DNA from: an uncultured Gammaproteobacteria bacterium
GTDB taxonomy: Bacteria > Patescibacteriota > Microgenomatia > Levybacterales > UBA12049
Direction of reading: 5' to 3'
Length of the DNA stretch: 54,514 bases
Assembly (NCBI GenBank): GCA_964474445.1
Contig: CAYYSJ010000008.1
Span: 1 to 54,514 of the forward strand
In this document: positions 43,346-52,541 of the stretch, piece by piece
Position numbering within the stretch: position 1 is the stretch's first letter
Layout of the letters: every line of letters starts with the position of its first letter
Translations under genes and position numbers: made by a program
The notes under the pieces: model-generated
Database searches by the model: none
Seen by the model: the letters and a program-made list of their open reading frames with translations, nothing else
Told to the model about the DNA's origin: nothing

Positions 43346-45841
43346 TTAGCATTCGCTGTGTCCACAGCTATAGCATTTCTTACAACCGTCTTCGTACGCA
43401 AATGCACTCACTCCACACTCTGGGCAAATATCGTACAAATTTGTTTTTGCACTTTCCTGAGCAAATAACGACTCTTGTCCAACAACAGGAGCTTGTGTTT
43501 CTTCTTCATGAACAACATGTGTTTCTGCTGTTGATTCTACAGATGGAACAACGCCATCTGTTAAAACTTGCTTAATAACATTTCTATCTTCCACTTTCCC
43601 ATTGACTGCGAATGAGAAATGCTGTGCCAATATTTTCGCGATAGCATCTGGAAGAGATCGCACTTTGTTTATACCAAAGCCGACGCTTCGTGATCCACCA
43701 ATACCGGTCAGTTGTGCAACAACTTGTCGTATTCTCTCTCGTGGAGCAAGTGCACCATTGAGACGAAGATTAAGAGAAATCATTCTACCTAATGCGTCTG
43801 CCATTGCAGCAACATCAGAGCCTGATTTACCAATGGTAATAAATACTTCAAATGGCTGGTTGTTTTCGGTGTGATTGATAGTAATAAAGGTTTCGCCAAC
43901 AGGTGTTTCTGTTTTGTATGTTGATCCATCAATTCTTTGTGGTCTTGCAACAACTGGCATAATTGCAGGAAGTGGTGCTTGCACTGGTTGCTCAACAGGC
44001 TTTGCTTCCTCTTTTTTCTTTTCATCAACTCGCTCCAAAACTCCTTGTCTACTCCCATCTCTCATATATGTCACTCCTTTCAGACCGTAATCATATGCTG
44101 CCATATAGAGTGTCTTCACATCTTCAACAGTGTGTGCATTTGGTGCATTCACGGTTTTTGAAATAGAAGAATCAATATACTCCTGAGCAACTGCTTGTAC
44201 TTTTACATGCTCAAGTGGAGTAAGGTCATTTGCTGAGACAAAATAAGCTGGTTTCTCTTGCCCTTCATGTGATTTTCTCCAGAGATCGTAAAGGGGATGG
44301 TACACCATGTCTTCCCCTCCTCTCCAGCGTCTCAAGAATGAGAATTCATATACTGGTTCCACTCCTGAGGATACTCCTGATACAAGAGATGTTGTTCCTG
44401 TAGGTGCAATTGTGAGCAAAACTGCGTTGCGAATACCATTCTTTGCAATTTTTTGTTGAATTGCCCTAGGAAGATTTTGGATATGATACCCTTTTAAGTA
44501 TTTTGCTTTTTGGAATTGAGGAAATGCTCCCTTTTCGTTTGCAATCTCTGCTGATGCCTCATATGCTTCGTTTCGAAGTGTTTCAAAAATTTTATGGATG
44601 ACAGGGAGTGACTCTTCAGACCCATATGGTAGATGCATTTTAATGAGTGCATCTCCTAAGCCCATGATGCCAAGGCCCGTACGTCGAATTTGTTTTGCTA
44701 TTTCTTCATTCTCTTTAAAGAAGTAGTATGTTTTATCAATCACGTTGTCTAAGAAACGCATGGCAACCCGGACATCTTTCCCAAAGGCTTCATAATCAAA
44801 CCAGCCGGGCTTATCATTCGCCAAATCTGCATCTCTCACATAGACTGACAGATTCATTGCTCCCAAGTTACAGACTGCCCATGGACCAAGAGGCTGCTCG
44901 CCGCATGGGTTAGTAGCGACAAGTCTTTCAAAATACCAGGTATTGCTTCTTTTGTTGGATCTTTCCATAAAGTGAAGTCCTGGTTCAGCAGATCTCCATG
45001 CTGCAGTGCAAATAAGATTCCACAATTCTCGTGCCTTAACTGTTTTGTATACTTTTACTTTCTTTCCTAATGCTCTCCATTGATCAATCTCCCCATTCCA
45101 CTTTTCATCATACTCAGGGTCGTCAATATCAGGATATACCAAATCCCAATCTGCATCTTTTTTCACCGCTTCCATGAATGCATCAGAAATACAAACAGAA
45201 AGGTTTGCTCCGTTAATTTTTGAAAGGTCTTCTTTAACAGTAATAAATTCCTCAACATCTGGATGCCAATCCCACAACATGAGCATCGTAGCACCTCTTC
45301 GTGTACCTCCCTGTTGCACAACGTCATGGGTTGCATAGGAGAAAAGTCCAGCCCAGGTAACAGGACCTGAGGAGGTTCCATTTACTTTCTTCACTCGTGC
45401 GCCCCGAGGCCGAAGAGAGGACAAGTTAAGGCCTACGCCCCCGCTTCGGGACTGTATTTCAACGAGCTGCTTAAGTGATTCTAAGATTCCATCTCGGGAA
45501 TCTTTTGGACTTGGAATAACAAAACAATTAAAGTAGGTTACTTGATAGTCAGTCCCTGCTCCAGAGAGAATTCTTCCTCCTGGAACAAATTTGAAGTCAT
45601 TCATGAGGTCATAAAATTTATTTTCCCAAAGCTTTCTATTTTTCGGTAGTTCGTTTTGGGCAATACCCCACGCAACTCTTCTCCACGTTTCTTCAGGGGT
45701 TGTTTCAGTGAGGTTTCCCTCTTTATCTTTGAGAGCGTATCTATCTAAGAAGACTTTCTCTCGTAAAGTTCCAACGAAATCTTTTTGTAATGTTTGTTTT
45801 TTTGTATCACTCATAAATATTGGCTGAATTTGTTCCAGCAC
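43346..45841 (-). CDS. nrdJ: adenosylcobalamin-dependent ribonucleotide reductase (class II)
   Basis: Typical class II N-terminus (FLDRYALKD), catalytic NPCGEQPL, TIAPTGT, and a C-terminal Cys-rich tail (CPECG...CKKCYSCG). Start is GTG at 45841 or ATG at 45814. Confidence 0.9.
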   Translation of the reverse strand: MLEQIQPIFMSDTKKQTLQKDFVGTLREKVFLDRYALKDKEGNLTETTPEETWRRVAWGIAQNELPKNRKLWENKFYDLMNDFKFVPGGRILSGAGTDYQVTYFNCFVIPSPKDSRDGILESLKQLVEIQSRSGGVGLNLSSLRPRGARVKKVNGTSSGPVTWAGLFSYATHDVVQQGGTRRGATMLMLWDWHPDVEEFITVKEDLSKINGANLSVCISDAFMEAVKKDADWDLVYPDIDDPEYDEKWNGEIDQWRALGKKVKVYKTVKARELWNLICTAAWRSAEPGLHFMERSNKRSNTWYFERLVATNPCGEQPLGPWAVCNLGAMNLSVYVRDADLANDKPGWFDYEAFGKDVRVAMRFLDNVIDKTYYFFKENEEIAKQIRRTGLGIMGLGDALIKMHLPYGSEESLPVIHKIFETLRNEAYEASAEIANEKGAFPQFQKAKYLKGYHIQNLPRAIQQKIAKNGIRNAVLLTIAPTGTTSLVSGVSSGVEPVYEFSFLRRWRGGEDMVYHPLYDLWRKSHEGQEKPAYFVSANDLTPLEHVKVQAVAQEYIDSSISKTVNAPNAHTVEDVKTLYMAAYDYGLKGVTYMRDGSRQGVLERVDEKKKEEAKPVEQPVQAPLPAIMPVVARPQRIDGSTYKTETPVGETFITINHTENNQPFEVFITIGKSGSDVAAMADALGRMISLNLRLNGALAPRERIRQVVAQLTGIGGSRSVGFGINKVRSLPDAIAKILAQHFSFAVNGKVEDRNVIKQVLTDGVVPSVESTAETHVVHEEETQAPVVGQESLFAQESAKTNLYDICPECGVSAFAYEDGCKKCYSCGHSEC

Positions 45842-45881
45842 CTCTATTGATATTCGAATATTTGAAATGACAACGAGACTA

Positions 45882-46331
45882 TTACCGAATAAGTCTCTTT
45901 ACTTCTTTTTCAAAATCCTCGACATCAACAAACCGTTTAAAAACACTTGAAAAACGAATATATGCAACCTTATCAAGTTTTTTCAAACGTTTTGCAACCA
46001 TCTCCCCTATCTCTTTGCTTTTCACCTCAACACTATCTCGTCCCCGTAACTCTCTTTCTATATCAGTTACTAATTTTTCAACTGCATCAACAGAAATTTT
46101 TGTTTTTTCTGTTGATGTGAGCATACCTTTTTTTAATTTATCTCTATTAAAAAGCTCACGCCTGCCATCTTTTTTAATCACATACAAGTCGACATTTTCT
46201 ATTCTCTCGTATGTTGTAAAGCGCTTTCCACATGCAGTACAAGATCTTCTTCGTCGTATTGTCTCAAGTTCTTCATTATCCCGAGTTTCGACCACTTCTG
46301 TCTGATTATTTCCGCAATATGGACACTTCAT
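45882..46331 (-). CDS. nrdR: transcriptional repressor NrdR
   Basis: MKCPYCGNNQTEVVETRD...CTACGKRFTTYE zinc ribbon followed by an ATP-cone. Start at 46331. Confidence 0.9.
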   Translation of the reverse strand: MKCPYCGNNQTEVVETRDNEELETIRRRRSCTACGKRFTTYERIENVDLYVIKKDGRRELFNRDKLKKGMLTSTEKTKISVDAVEKLVTDIERELRGRDSVEVKSKEIGEMVAKRLKKLDKVAYIRFSSVFKRFVDVEDFEKEVKRLIR

Positions 46332-46539
46332 ATCTCTTGTAAAAGAACTTTTGTTTCCGTCCGACACCCTGCCTACATATAGTGTCTGTATCAATAGTAA
46401 TGCGCTAGATCTATGGCGTCAACTAGAAATAAGTGCATCAATCTGTATCACTCTTCTGATCTAGCCTCGAAATGGTGTAAGACGGAATATTCATAAAAAT
46501 AGTGAGTACAAAAGCTCACCATTCTCATGAATTTAGGCA

Positions 46540-47097
46540 CTATTGCTTAGAAAGAACATTTAGCATGCTTTCAAGAGTTCCGAGACGAATGAAGTCATGT
46601 TGTAAATTTTGTCGTAATTGGGGGGATGCTCCTTGTTCCATTTGGGTAATAATTTGTTTATGTTTCAGGAGTGCAGTGTGCAGTGTCCCAACTTGAGCAG
46701 TAGCATCTTCACCCATGGATTTTGCTTGTTTTGCCTCCCCTACTGCACTGTTGAAGTAATTTTCTGCCTTTGAAACAGTACTGCCCACTAACTCATCATA
46801 CGAGTTTCCCTTTTTTTGCAAATAATACGCCCCCTGTAACCTTTTATCTGCTTGCAACACATCAAAAGAAGAGCGTTTGAGAGGATCAGAGATAAAGAAA
46901 CTAATAAGCTTGTCTCGAAAAACTTTTAACACATATAACGGATTATCAGGAAGGAGTCCAGGATAAGGCATTGTATAATCAACGGTTATCGGGGTAGGAG
47001 AAATTGCTGCACTTTGTGTGCCAGCTGACTGAGCATACTGAAGCTGCGGAAAGGTAATGAAGAAGAGAAGAGGAAGTAAGAGGGTAATTCTTTTCAT
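46540..47097 (-). CDS. secreted hypothetical protein (185 aa)
   Basis: Start at MKRITLLLPLLFF (signal peptide). Helical protein of unknown family. Confidence 0.5.
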   Translation of the reverse strand: MKRITLLLPLLFFITFPQLQYAQSAGTQSAAISPTPITVDYTMPYPGLLPDNPLYVLKVFRDKLISFFISDPLKRSSFDVLQADKRLQGAYYLQKKGNSYDELVGSTVSKAENYFNSAVGEAKQAKSMGEDATAQVGTLHTALLKHKQIITQMEQGASPQLRQNLQHDFIRLGTLESMLNVLSKQ

Positions 47098-47189
47098 ACA
47101 AAAAGTATAGTAGTACAGTCTACCCAGTTTGACAAGAGTCAAAAGGTTCATTGCTTATTCTTGAAAGGAATGGGAGAGAAATGCAAAGT

Positions 47190-47816
47190 CTAGTGGAAGA
47201 GCTCTTGTCGTTTCGCCTCAATAATAGCCTCAACTTTACTCACTGTTTTCTCTAAATTACCATCTTCATTAATAACAAGATAGTCACAGTCATCATATTG
47301 TTCCATCTCCCACACAACAAGTGGTTCATTCCATCGATGATGAACTAAATGTTGCTCATCCTGTTGCACTCTGGTTTTTAAGACATCAATTGTTGGTGCA
47401 GTTAAAAAGACAAAAATACTTCGAGGAAACATTTCTTTTACTTTTTCTTTAATATTCTTGACTCCCTTTGCATCAATGTGCCAGATAACATCGTTCCCTG
47501 TTGCCAATGCTTTTTCCAATGTCTCTTTTTGTGTGCCATAGAGGTGTCCCCTAAATTCTACCCATTCAAAAAAAGCCCCATCAGCAATTTTTTGTTCAAA
47601 ATCAGATCGCTCTATAAAGTAGTATGGGTGACCTTCTGATTCATTCTCTCGTTTTGAACGACTCACTGTTGTTACAACTTTTACAATAGAAGGATTGCGA
47701 TCCATGAGGTGTTTGAAGACAGTATCTTTTCCTGCACCTGTTGGTCCTGTTAATACAAGAAGTACTCCACGCTTTCTCTGATCTGTTATTTCATCATTGA
47801 TATGCACACTGCCCAT
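47190..47816 (-). CDS. gmk: guanylate kinase
   Basis: P-loop GPTGAGKDT, TTVSRSKRENESEGHPYYF and YGT motifs. The ATG overlaps the gap stop by 1 nt. Confidence 0.85.
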   Translation of the reverse strand: MGSVHINDEITDQRKRGVLLVLTGPTGAGKDTVFKHLMDRNPSIVKVVTTVSRSKRENESEGHPYYFIERSDFEQKIADGAFFEWVEFRGHLYGTQKETLEKALATGNDVIWHIDAKGVKNIKEKVKEMFPRSIFVFLTAPTIDVLKTRVQQDEQHLVHHRWNEPLVVWEMEQYDDCDYLVINEDGNLEKTVSKVEAIIEAKRQELFH

Positions 47817-48850
47817 TATTTACTCCCTACCATGCTGACCATCTCAACAAGCCTGTTAGCATATCCCCATTCGTTGTCATACCAGGCAACCACTTTCACC
47901 ATATTTCCTCCGACAACTTGGGTCAAGGAAAGATCGGCAATAGATGAAACGGATGAACCGATTATATCAGATGAAACGATCGGTTCCTCTGTATATGCCA
48001 AATATCCTTTTGCCCATCCATCTGCTGCTTGCTTCAGAGCATTGTTCACTTCTTCAACAGTTGTGTCTCTTTTGAGTAAAAAGGTAAAGTCAGAAAGCGA
48101 ACCAACAGAAACAGGAACGCGAATAGAAAGCCCATTAAATTTATTTTCAAGAGCTGGAAGTGCTTTTGCTGCTGCTTGAGTGGCACCGGTTGATGTAGGG
48201 ACAATATTTTGCGCTGCTGCCCGTGCACGCCTGTAATCTTTATGTCCCCCATCCTGCAATTCTTGATCTGAAGTATATGCATGAATTGTTGTCATCATCG
48301 CCTTTTCAATACCAAAAACTTCTTCCATAACCTTTGCAACTGGAGTTATGCAGTTTGTTGTACAGGAAGCATTGTTAATAACTTCTTCCCCTTTAAAATC
48401 ATTATTATTAATAGACATAACATACGTTGGGGTATCATCTTTTGCTGGAGCAGAAATAACAACATTTTTTGCACCCGCTTGAATATGTGTCTTCGCTTTT
48501 TCTGTGGTGAGAAAATGACCAGTGGATTCAATAACAACATCTACTTGCAAATCCTTCCAAGGAAGAAGTGTTGGATCTTTTTGAGAGTAAACCTGAATAT
48601 CTTTTCCATTAACTGATAGCGTTCCAAGAAAATCAGGTTTTGATTCATCAGTATTTGGGGTAACTTTGAGATCATACCCCTGCAATACACCATAATTTGT
48701 GTCAAATTTGAGAAGATACATCCACCCTTTTAGATCTGTTGACTTCCCTGCATTAATTGCAACGACCTCAAGTTCTGGATGTTTTTGGAGGATAATACGA
48801 TGTGCGACTCTTCCAATTCTTCCGTATCCGTTGATTGCAACACGTGCCAT
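47816..48850 (-). CDS. gap: type I glyceraldehyde-3-phosphate dehydrogenase
   Basis: INGYGRIGR, active-site ASCTTNC and WYDNEWGY. Start at MARVAING (48850). Confidence 0.92.
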   Translation of the reverse strand: MARVAINGYGRIGRVAHRIILQKHPELEVVAINAGKSTDLKGWMYLLKFDTNYGVLQGYDLKVTPNTDESKPDFLGTLSVNGKDIQVYSQKDPTLLPWKDLQVDVVIESTGHFLTTEKAKTHIQAGAKNVVISAPAKDDTPTYVMSINNNDFKGEEVINNASCTTNCITPVAKVMEEVFGIEKAMMTTIHAYTSDQELQDGGHKDYRRARAAAQNIVPTSTGATQAAAKALPALENKFNGLSIRVPVSVGSLSDFTFLLKRDTTVEEVNNALKQAADGWAKGYLAYTEEPIVSSDIIGSSVSSIADLSLTQVVGGNMVKVVAWYDNEWGYANRLVEMVSMVGSK

Positions 48851-48856
48851 AGAATT

Positions 48857-48885
48857 AGTATAGAGAGTCGTTTGAAAGTTTGCAA
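48857..48885 (-). promoter_or_regulatory. promoter TTGCAA-17-TATACT (leaderless gap-gmk operon)
   Basis: The -10 box ends 6 nt before the ATG at 48850. Confidence 0.65.
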
Positions 48886-48935
48886 CAAACAACTTGTATC
48901 ATTCTTTTAAGTCTCTCCTTCTATAGAATGTTCAC

Positions 48936-48964
48936 TTGACATGATCTCTCAGTTAAGTTATTAT
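48936..48964 (+). promoter_or_regulatory. promoter TTGACA-17-TATTAT (leaderless)
   Basis: The -10 box ends 7 nt before the ATG at 48972. Confidence 0.65.
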
Positions 48965-48971
48965 AGGACAT

Positions 48972-49187
48972 ATGAGTTTGTTTTCAATCAATCGTACTCC
49001 TGAAGGCTGGAGTATAGAACCCAGTAGAGAAGTCCCTACTACACCACTTCTGAGAAGACTTTATCTACAAAGGGATACTCGCTCTGCAGCATTACGTCAC
49101 CATGAGGAGAGAACTTTTCGCTCACAAGACAACACTCCTAGAGGCCTTCAGGACTCTGCTCGTGTTCCACGATGGCATAGAGGGTAA
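48972..49187 (+). CDS. hypothetical small Arg-rich protein (71 aa)
   Basis: ORF begins exactly at the leaderless position of a near-consensus promoter. No family recognised. Confidence 0.5.
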   Translation: MSLFSINRTPEGWSIEPSREVPTTPLLRRLYLQRDTRSAALRHHEERTFRSQDNTPRGLQDSARVPRWHRG

Positions 49188-49193
49188 ATAGTG

Positions 49194-50165
49194 TCAGTCT
49201 GTAAACTCTTGGACAAACATCTCCCCATAAATTCCTGCTGAAATAACTCCAATACCTACTTTTCCAAAATCCTTGGATAAAATATTTGCTCTATGTCCTG
49301 GAGACTGCATAAGCCCCTGCATCGCCAAAGAGACATTGGGTGAAAAGGCAAGATTCTCTCCTGCAGCAGTATAACGAACCCCTGCCTGGTCCATCCTATC
49401 AAATGGACTTAAGCCTTCAGGTGTATAGTGAGAAAAGTATCCTCTGTAAAGCATATCCTGAGCATGAGCATGTGCAACCCCTTGTAGTTTTTTATCCATA
49501 GTAAGTGCTGGCAATCCTCGACTCGTTCTTTCATTATTCACCATAGTTAGCATTTGTTCCTCTGCAGATGAATCAATACTTCCATCTTTAAAGGTAAAAT
49601 TGAGTCTAACAGAAGAATTGCTCTCAGGCTCAACAGTTAAAAAGTTTATTGTTTCATTTGCTGCTCCTCCGAAAATAGCACTGAATTGTTTTTCAAGACT
49701 TTGAGATCGTTGAATGAGAAGTCCTGATATTCTTCCTTCGCTGATTGAGTTTTTAAGGTAAGGAGCAACTGGAAGAGAGATAATGACTGTTAATAAAAAC
49801 ATTAATAGAACAAGTCCTGAGAATACTCCCGGAACTAACCCTATTACACTGTCTAGTCTCCTCCATTCAGGTTTTCTCAAAATATTTCCCGCAAGCACTT
49901 TCGTTAGGATACCTGAAAGAACAAGTTGTAAAATAATTTCTACCGCAAAAGCAACAACAAAAAACCCTAGTGCATTTGCAATTCCCTTCGGAAGAGAAAG
50001 ATATTGGAAAAGCAAAGAACCAGCAAGACTATATATTTTCAATGCCAAGAAAAATGCAATAACAAACTTTAAGAAATCAAAAAATGCAGCAAGTCCCCCA
50101 ACAGCATACCCTTCAACGGCATAAAAAAAGAGAACGCCTAAGGTAATGTAGTCGACCCAATTCAT
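49194..50165 (-). CDS. CvpA-family membrane domain fused to a CAP/SCP (cysteine-rich secretory protein-like) domain
   Basis: N-terminal MNWVDYITLGVLFFYAVEGY with 4 transmembrane helices (CvpA). C-terminal NNERTSRGLPAL...HAQDM...YFSH...GENLA...GHRANIL (CAP/YkwD-like). Confidence 0.75.
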   Translation of the reverse strand: MNWVDYITLGVLFFYAVEGYAVGGLAAFFDFLKFVIAFFLALKIYSLAGSLLFQYLSLPKGIANALGFFVVAFAVEIILQLVLSGILTKVLAGNILRKPEWRRLDSVIGLVPGVFSGLVLLMFLLTVIISLPVAPYLKNSISEGRISGLLIQRSQSLEKQFSAIFGGAANETINFLTVEPESNSSVRLNFTFKDGSIDSSAEEQMLTMVNNERTSRGLPALTMDKKLQGVAHAHAQDMLYRGYFSHYTPEGLSPFDRMDQAGVRYTAAGENLAFSPNVSLAMQGLMQSPGHRANILSKDFGKVGIGVISAGIYGEMFVQEFTD

Positions 50166-50213
50166 ATAAATAAGTTCAAATAGTAACTTAGCCTATCTTT
50201 ACGATCAAAATTC

Positions 50214-50242
50214 TTGTAACAGACTCTCTTCCATGCTATCAT
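50214..50242 (+). promoter_or_regulatory. promoter TTGTAA-17-TATCAT (leaderless)
   Basis: The -10 box ends 7 nt before the ATG at 50250. Confidence 0.6.
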
Positions 50243-50249
50243 AAAGCCT

Positions 50250-52430
50250 ATGCCAGAGGCAAAACATTCCTCTATTCCAGAGCATGAACTTTTCTTAAAA
50301 ATTCTTTCGTACTGGAGGTTTCTAATTCCTGTTGTTTTGCTTGCTGGACTCTTTTATTACTTTATTTTACGAGATCTTCCCTCACCCACTAGACTCGCAA
50401 GTAGCAACCTTCCCCAATCAACACAAATTTTCGATAGGAATGGTGTTTTGCTCTATACTATATATGGTAGCCGCAACCAGACAACGGTTGCTCTTTCCTC
50501 TATTCCCAAAACCCTACAAGAAGCAACTATTGCTATTGAAGATCGAGATTTCTATAGACATGGTCCAATTGATATTAAAGGGATTGCGAGAGCATTCTAT
50601 GAAACGCTATTCCACAAACAAATACAGGGAGGATCAACGATTACCCAGCAGCTTGTAAAAAATACTCTCTTATCACCAGAAAGAACGTTAACGAGAAAGG
50701 TGCGAGAAATTTTCCTTTCTTTTATCACAGAGGTTTTGTATCCGAAAGATAAAATTTTGGCAATGTATCTGAATCAAATTCCCTATGGTGGAACAGCTTA
50801 CGGAATAGAAGCAGCATCAGAAACATATTTTCGTAAACACGCAAGTGAACTAGACTTGGCTGAGGCATCACTTCTTGCAGGACTTCCTGAAGCACCCACC
50901 TCCTACTCACCCTTTGGCCCTCATCCTGAACTTGCTAAACAAAGACAACTACAAGTTTTGAAAGCGATGAGAGATAACGGCTACATTACAGAAGCACAAC
51001 GTCAACAAGCAGCAAGTGAGCCACTTCATTATTCAACATTTGGCAATGATATGAAAGCGCCTCATTTTGTATTGTATGTAAAAGACCTATTGGCACAAAA
51101 ATATGGAACCAAAATGGTTGAAGAGGGAGGGCTAAAAGTTCAAACTAGCCTTGATCTTTCTGTGCAAGATTTTGCACAAACCACTGTTACAACAGAAGTC
51201 GCTAATTTAGCCTCATATCACGTTACTAATGGAGCAGTTGTTGTCAGCAATCCAGCAACAGGAGAAGTTTTAGCCATGGTTGGGAGTCGTGACTATTTCA
51301 ACACAACGAATACTGACGGGAATGTTAACGTCACGACAATGAAAAGACAACCAGGCTCCTCTATAAAACCAATTAACTATGCTGATGGGTTAATTCATGG
51401 TTTTACAGCAGCAACCCCGTTTATCGATCAAGCGACATGTTTCCCTAACCCTGGGAAAGCACCATATTGTCCAGTAAATTATGACGGAAAATTCCATGGT
51501 GTTGTTGATATACGTCACGCCCTAGCAAATTCCATTAATATTCCAGCGGTAAAAATGCTGAAAGTAAATGGCGTGGATAGTATGCTTCACCTTGCTCAAG
51601 ATATGGGGATCTCTTCATTAAGTAACTCAAATGATTATGGACTTGCACTGACTCTGGGAGGAGGAGAAGTAACCATGCTTGATATGACAACTGCGTATGG
51701 TGTTTTTGCCAATAGTGGATACCGTATTGACCTTCACCCCATTCTCAAAGTAATAGATAGCAAAGGCCAAGTTCTTGAGCAATATACTCCAGTCCAAAGT
51801 CCCATTTTTGGAACAAAAGTACTCCCTGAAGGAGTAGCTTTTATTATTTCAGATATCCTTGCTGACAATAATGCCCGATCTTTGGAGTTTGGTTCGAATT
51901 CTGCTTTGTATATTCCAGGGAAGTACGTTCCCGTCAAAACAGGAACAACCAACGATTTCCGAGATAACTGGACTATTGGCTATACGCCAAATTATGTTGT
52001 CACAGTTTGGGTAGGAAATAATGATAATACACCAATGAATGGTCTCGCATCCGGTATTACTGGCGCAGCTCCTATATGGCACAAAGTTATGACATATTTA
52101 TTGAGTGACAGACTTGCTCCACAATCTCCTCGACCAGGAAATGTCGTTCAATTGCCCGTCTGTAGTGTAACTGGTTCGCAACCTTCTCCAACAAACCAAT
52201 GTTCAACACATATGGAATACTTTATAAAAGGTACTGAGGGTAAACAGATCGCAAATATATTTACTGAAAACCAGTGGATTGATAAATCAACAAATAGACT
52301 TCCAACACCAGGCCAGACTGATAATTTGGAAGTCAGAAATGTTACCATGGTGACAGACCCAACTGGGGATAAATATTGCCTTTCATGTCCAGCTCCATCG
52401 GAAACACCTACCCCCACGCCAGGACACTAA
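50250..52430 (+). CDS. class A penicillin-binding protein (GT51 transglycosylase + transpeptidase)
   Basis: EDRDFYRHGPID, GGSTITQQL, RKVRE, SSIKP (SxxK), SIN (SxN) and KTGTT motifs. Confidence 0.9.
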   Translation: MPEAKHSSIPEHELFLKILSYWRFLIPVVLLAGLFYYFILRDLPSPTRLASSNLPQSTQIFDRNGVLLYTIYGSRNQTTVALSSIPKTLQEATIAIEDRDFYRHGPIDIKGIARAFYETLFHKQIQGGSTITQQLVKNTLLSPERTLTRKVREIFLSFITEVLYPKDKILAMYLNQIPYGGTAYGIEAASETYFRKHASELDLAEASLLAGLPEAPTSYSPFGPHPELAKQRQLQVLKAMRDNGYITEAQRQQAASEPLHYSTFGNDMKAPHFVLYVKDLLAQKYGTKMVEEGGLKVQTSLDLSVQDFAQTTVTTEVANLASYHVTNGAVVVSNPATGEVLAMVGSRDYFNTTNTDGNVNVTTMKRQPGSSIKPINYADGLIHGFTAATPFIDQATCFPNPGKAPYCPVNYDGKFHGVVDIRHALANSINIPAVKMLKVNGVDSMLHLAQDMGISSLSNSNDYGLALTLGGGEVTMLDMTTAYGVFANSGYRIDLHPILKVIDSKGQVLEQYTPVQSPIFGTKVLPEGVAFIISDILADNNARSLEFGSNSALYIPGKYVPVKTGTTNDFRDNWTIGYTPNYVVTVWVGNNDNTPMNGLASGITGAAPIWHKVMTYLLSDRLAPQSPRPGNVVQLPVCSVTGSQPSPTNQCSTHMEYFIKGTEGKQIANIFTENQWIDKSTNRLPTPGQTDNLEVRNVTMVTDPTGDKYCLSCPAPSETPTPTPGH

Positions 52431-52541
52431 AATTCAAGAATACACACTATTTTGAAAATGATATAGTTCGTCGTATTTTCAGAGAAAGAGACCTCCTTGT
52501 ATAATCAAAACAACCCTGCTGGACCATGTGTCTTTTTGGGT

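Noticed and set aside
48893-48935. 15-codon ORF behind an AAGGAGAG motif on the minus strand upstream of gap
   Set aside because: It overlaps the gap promoter elements and is very short. The Shine-Dalgarno-like string is more likely fortuitous.
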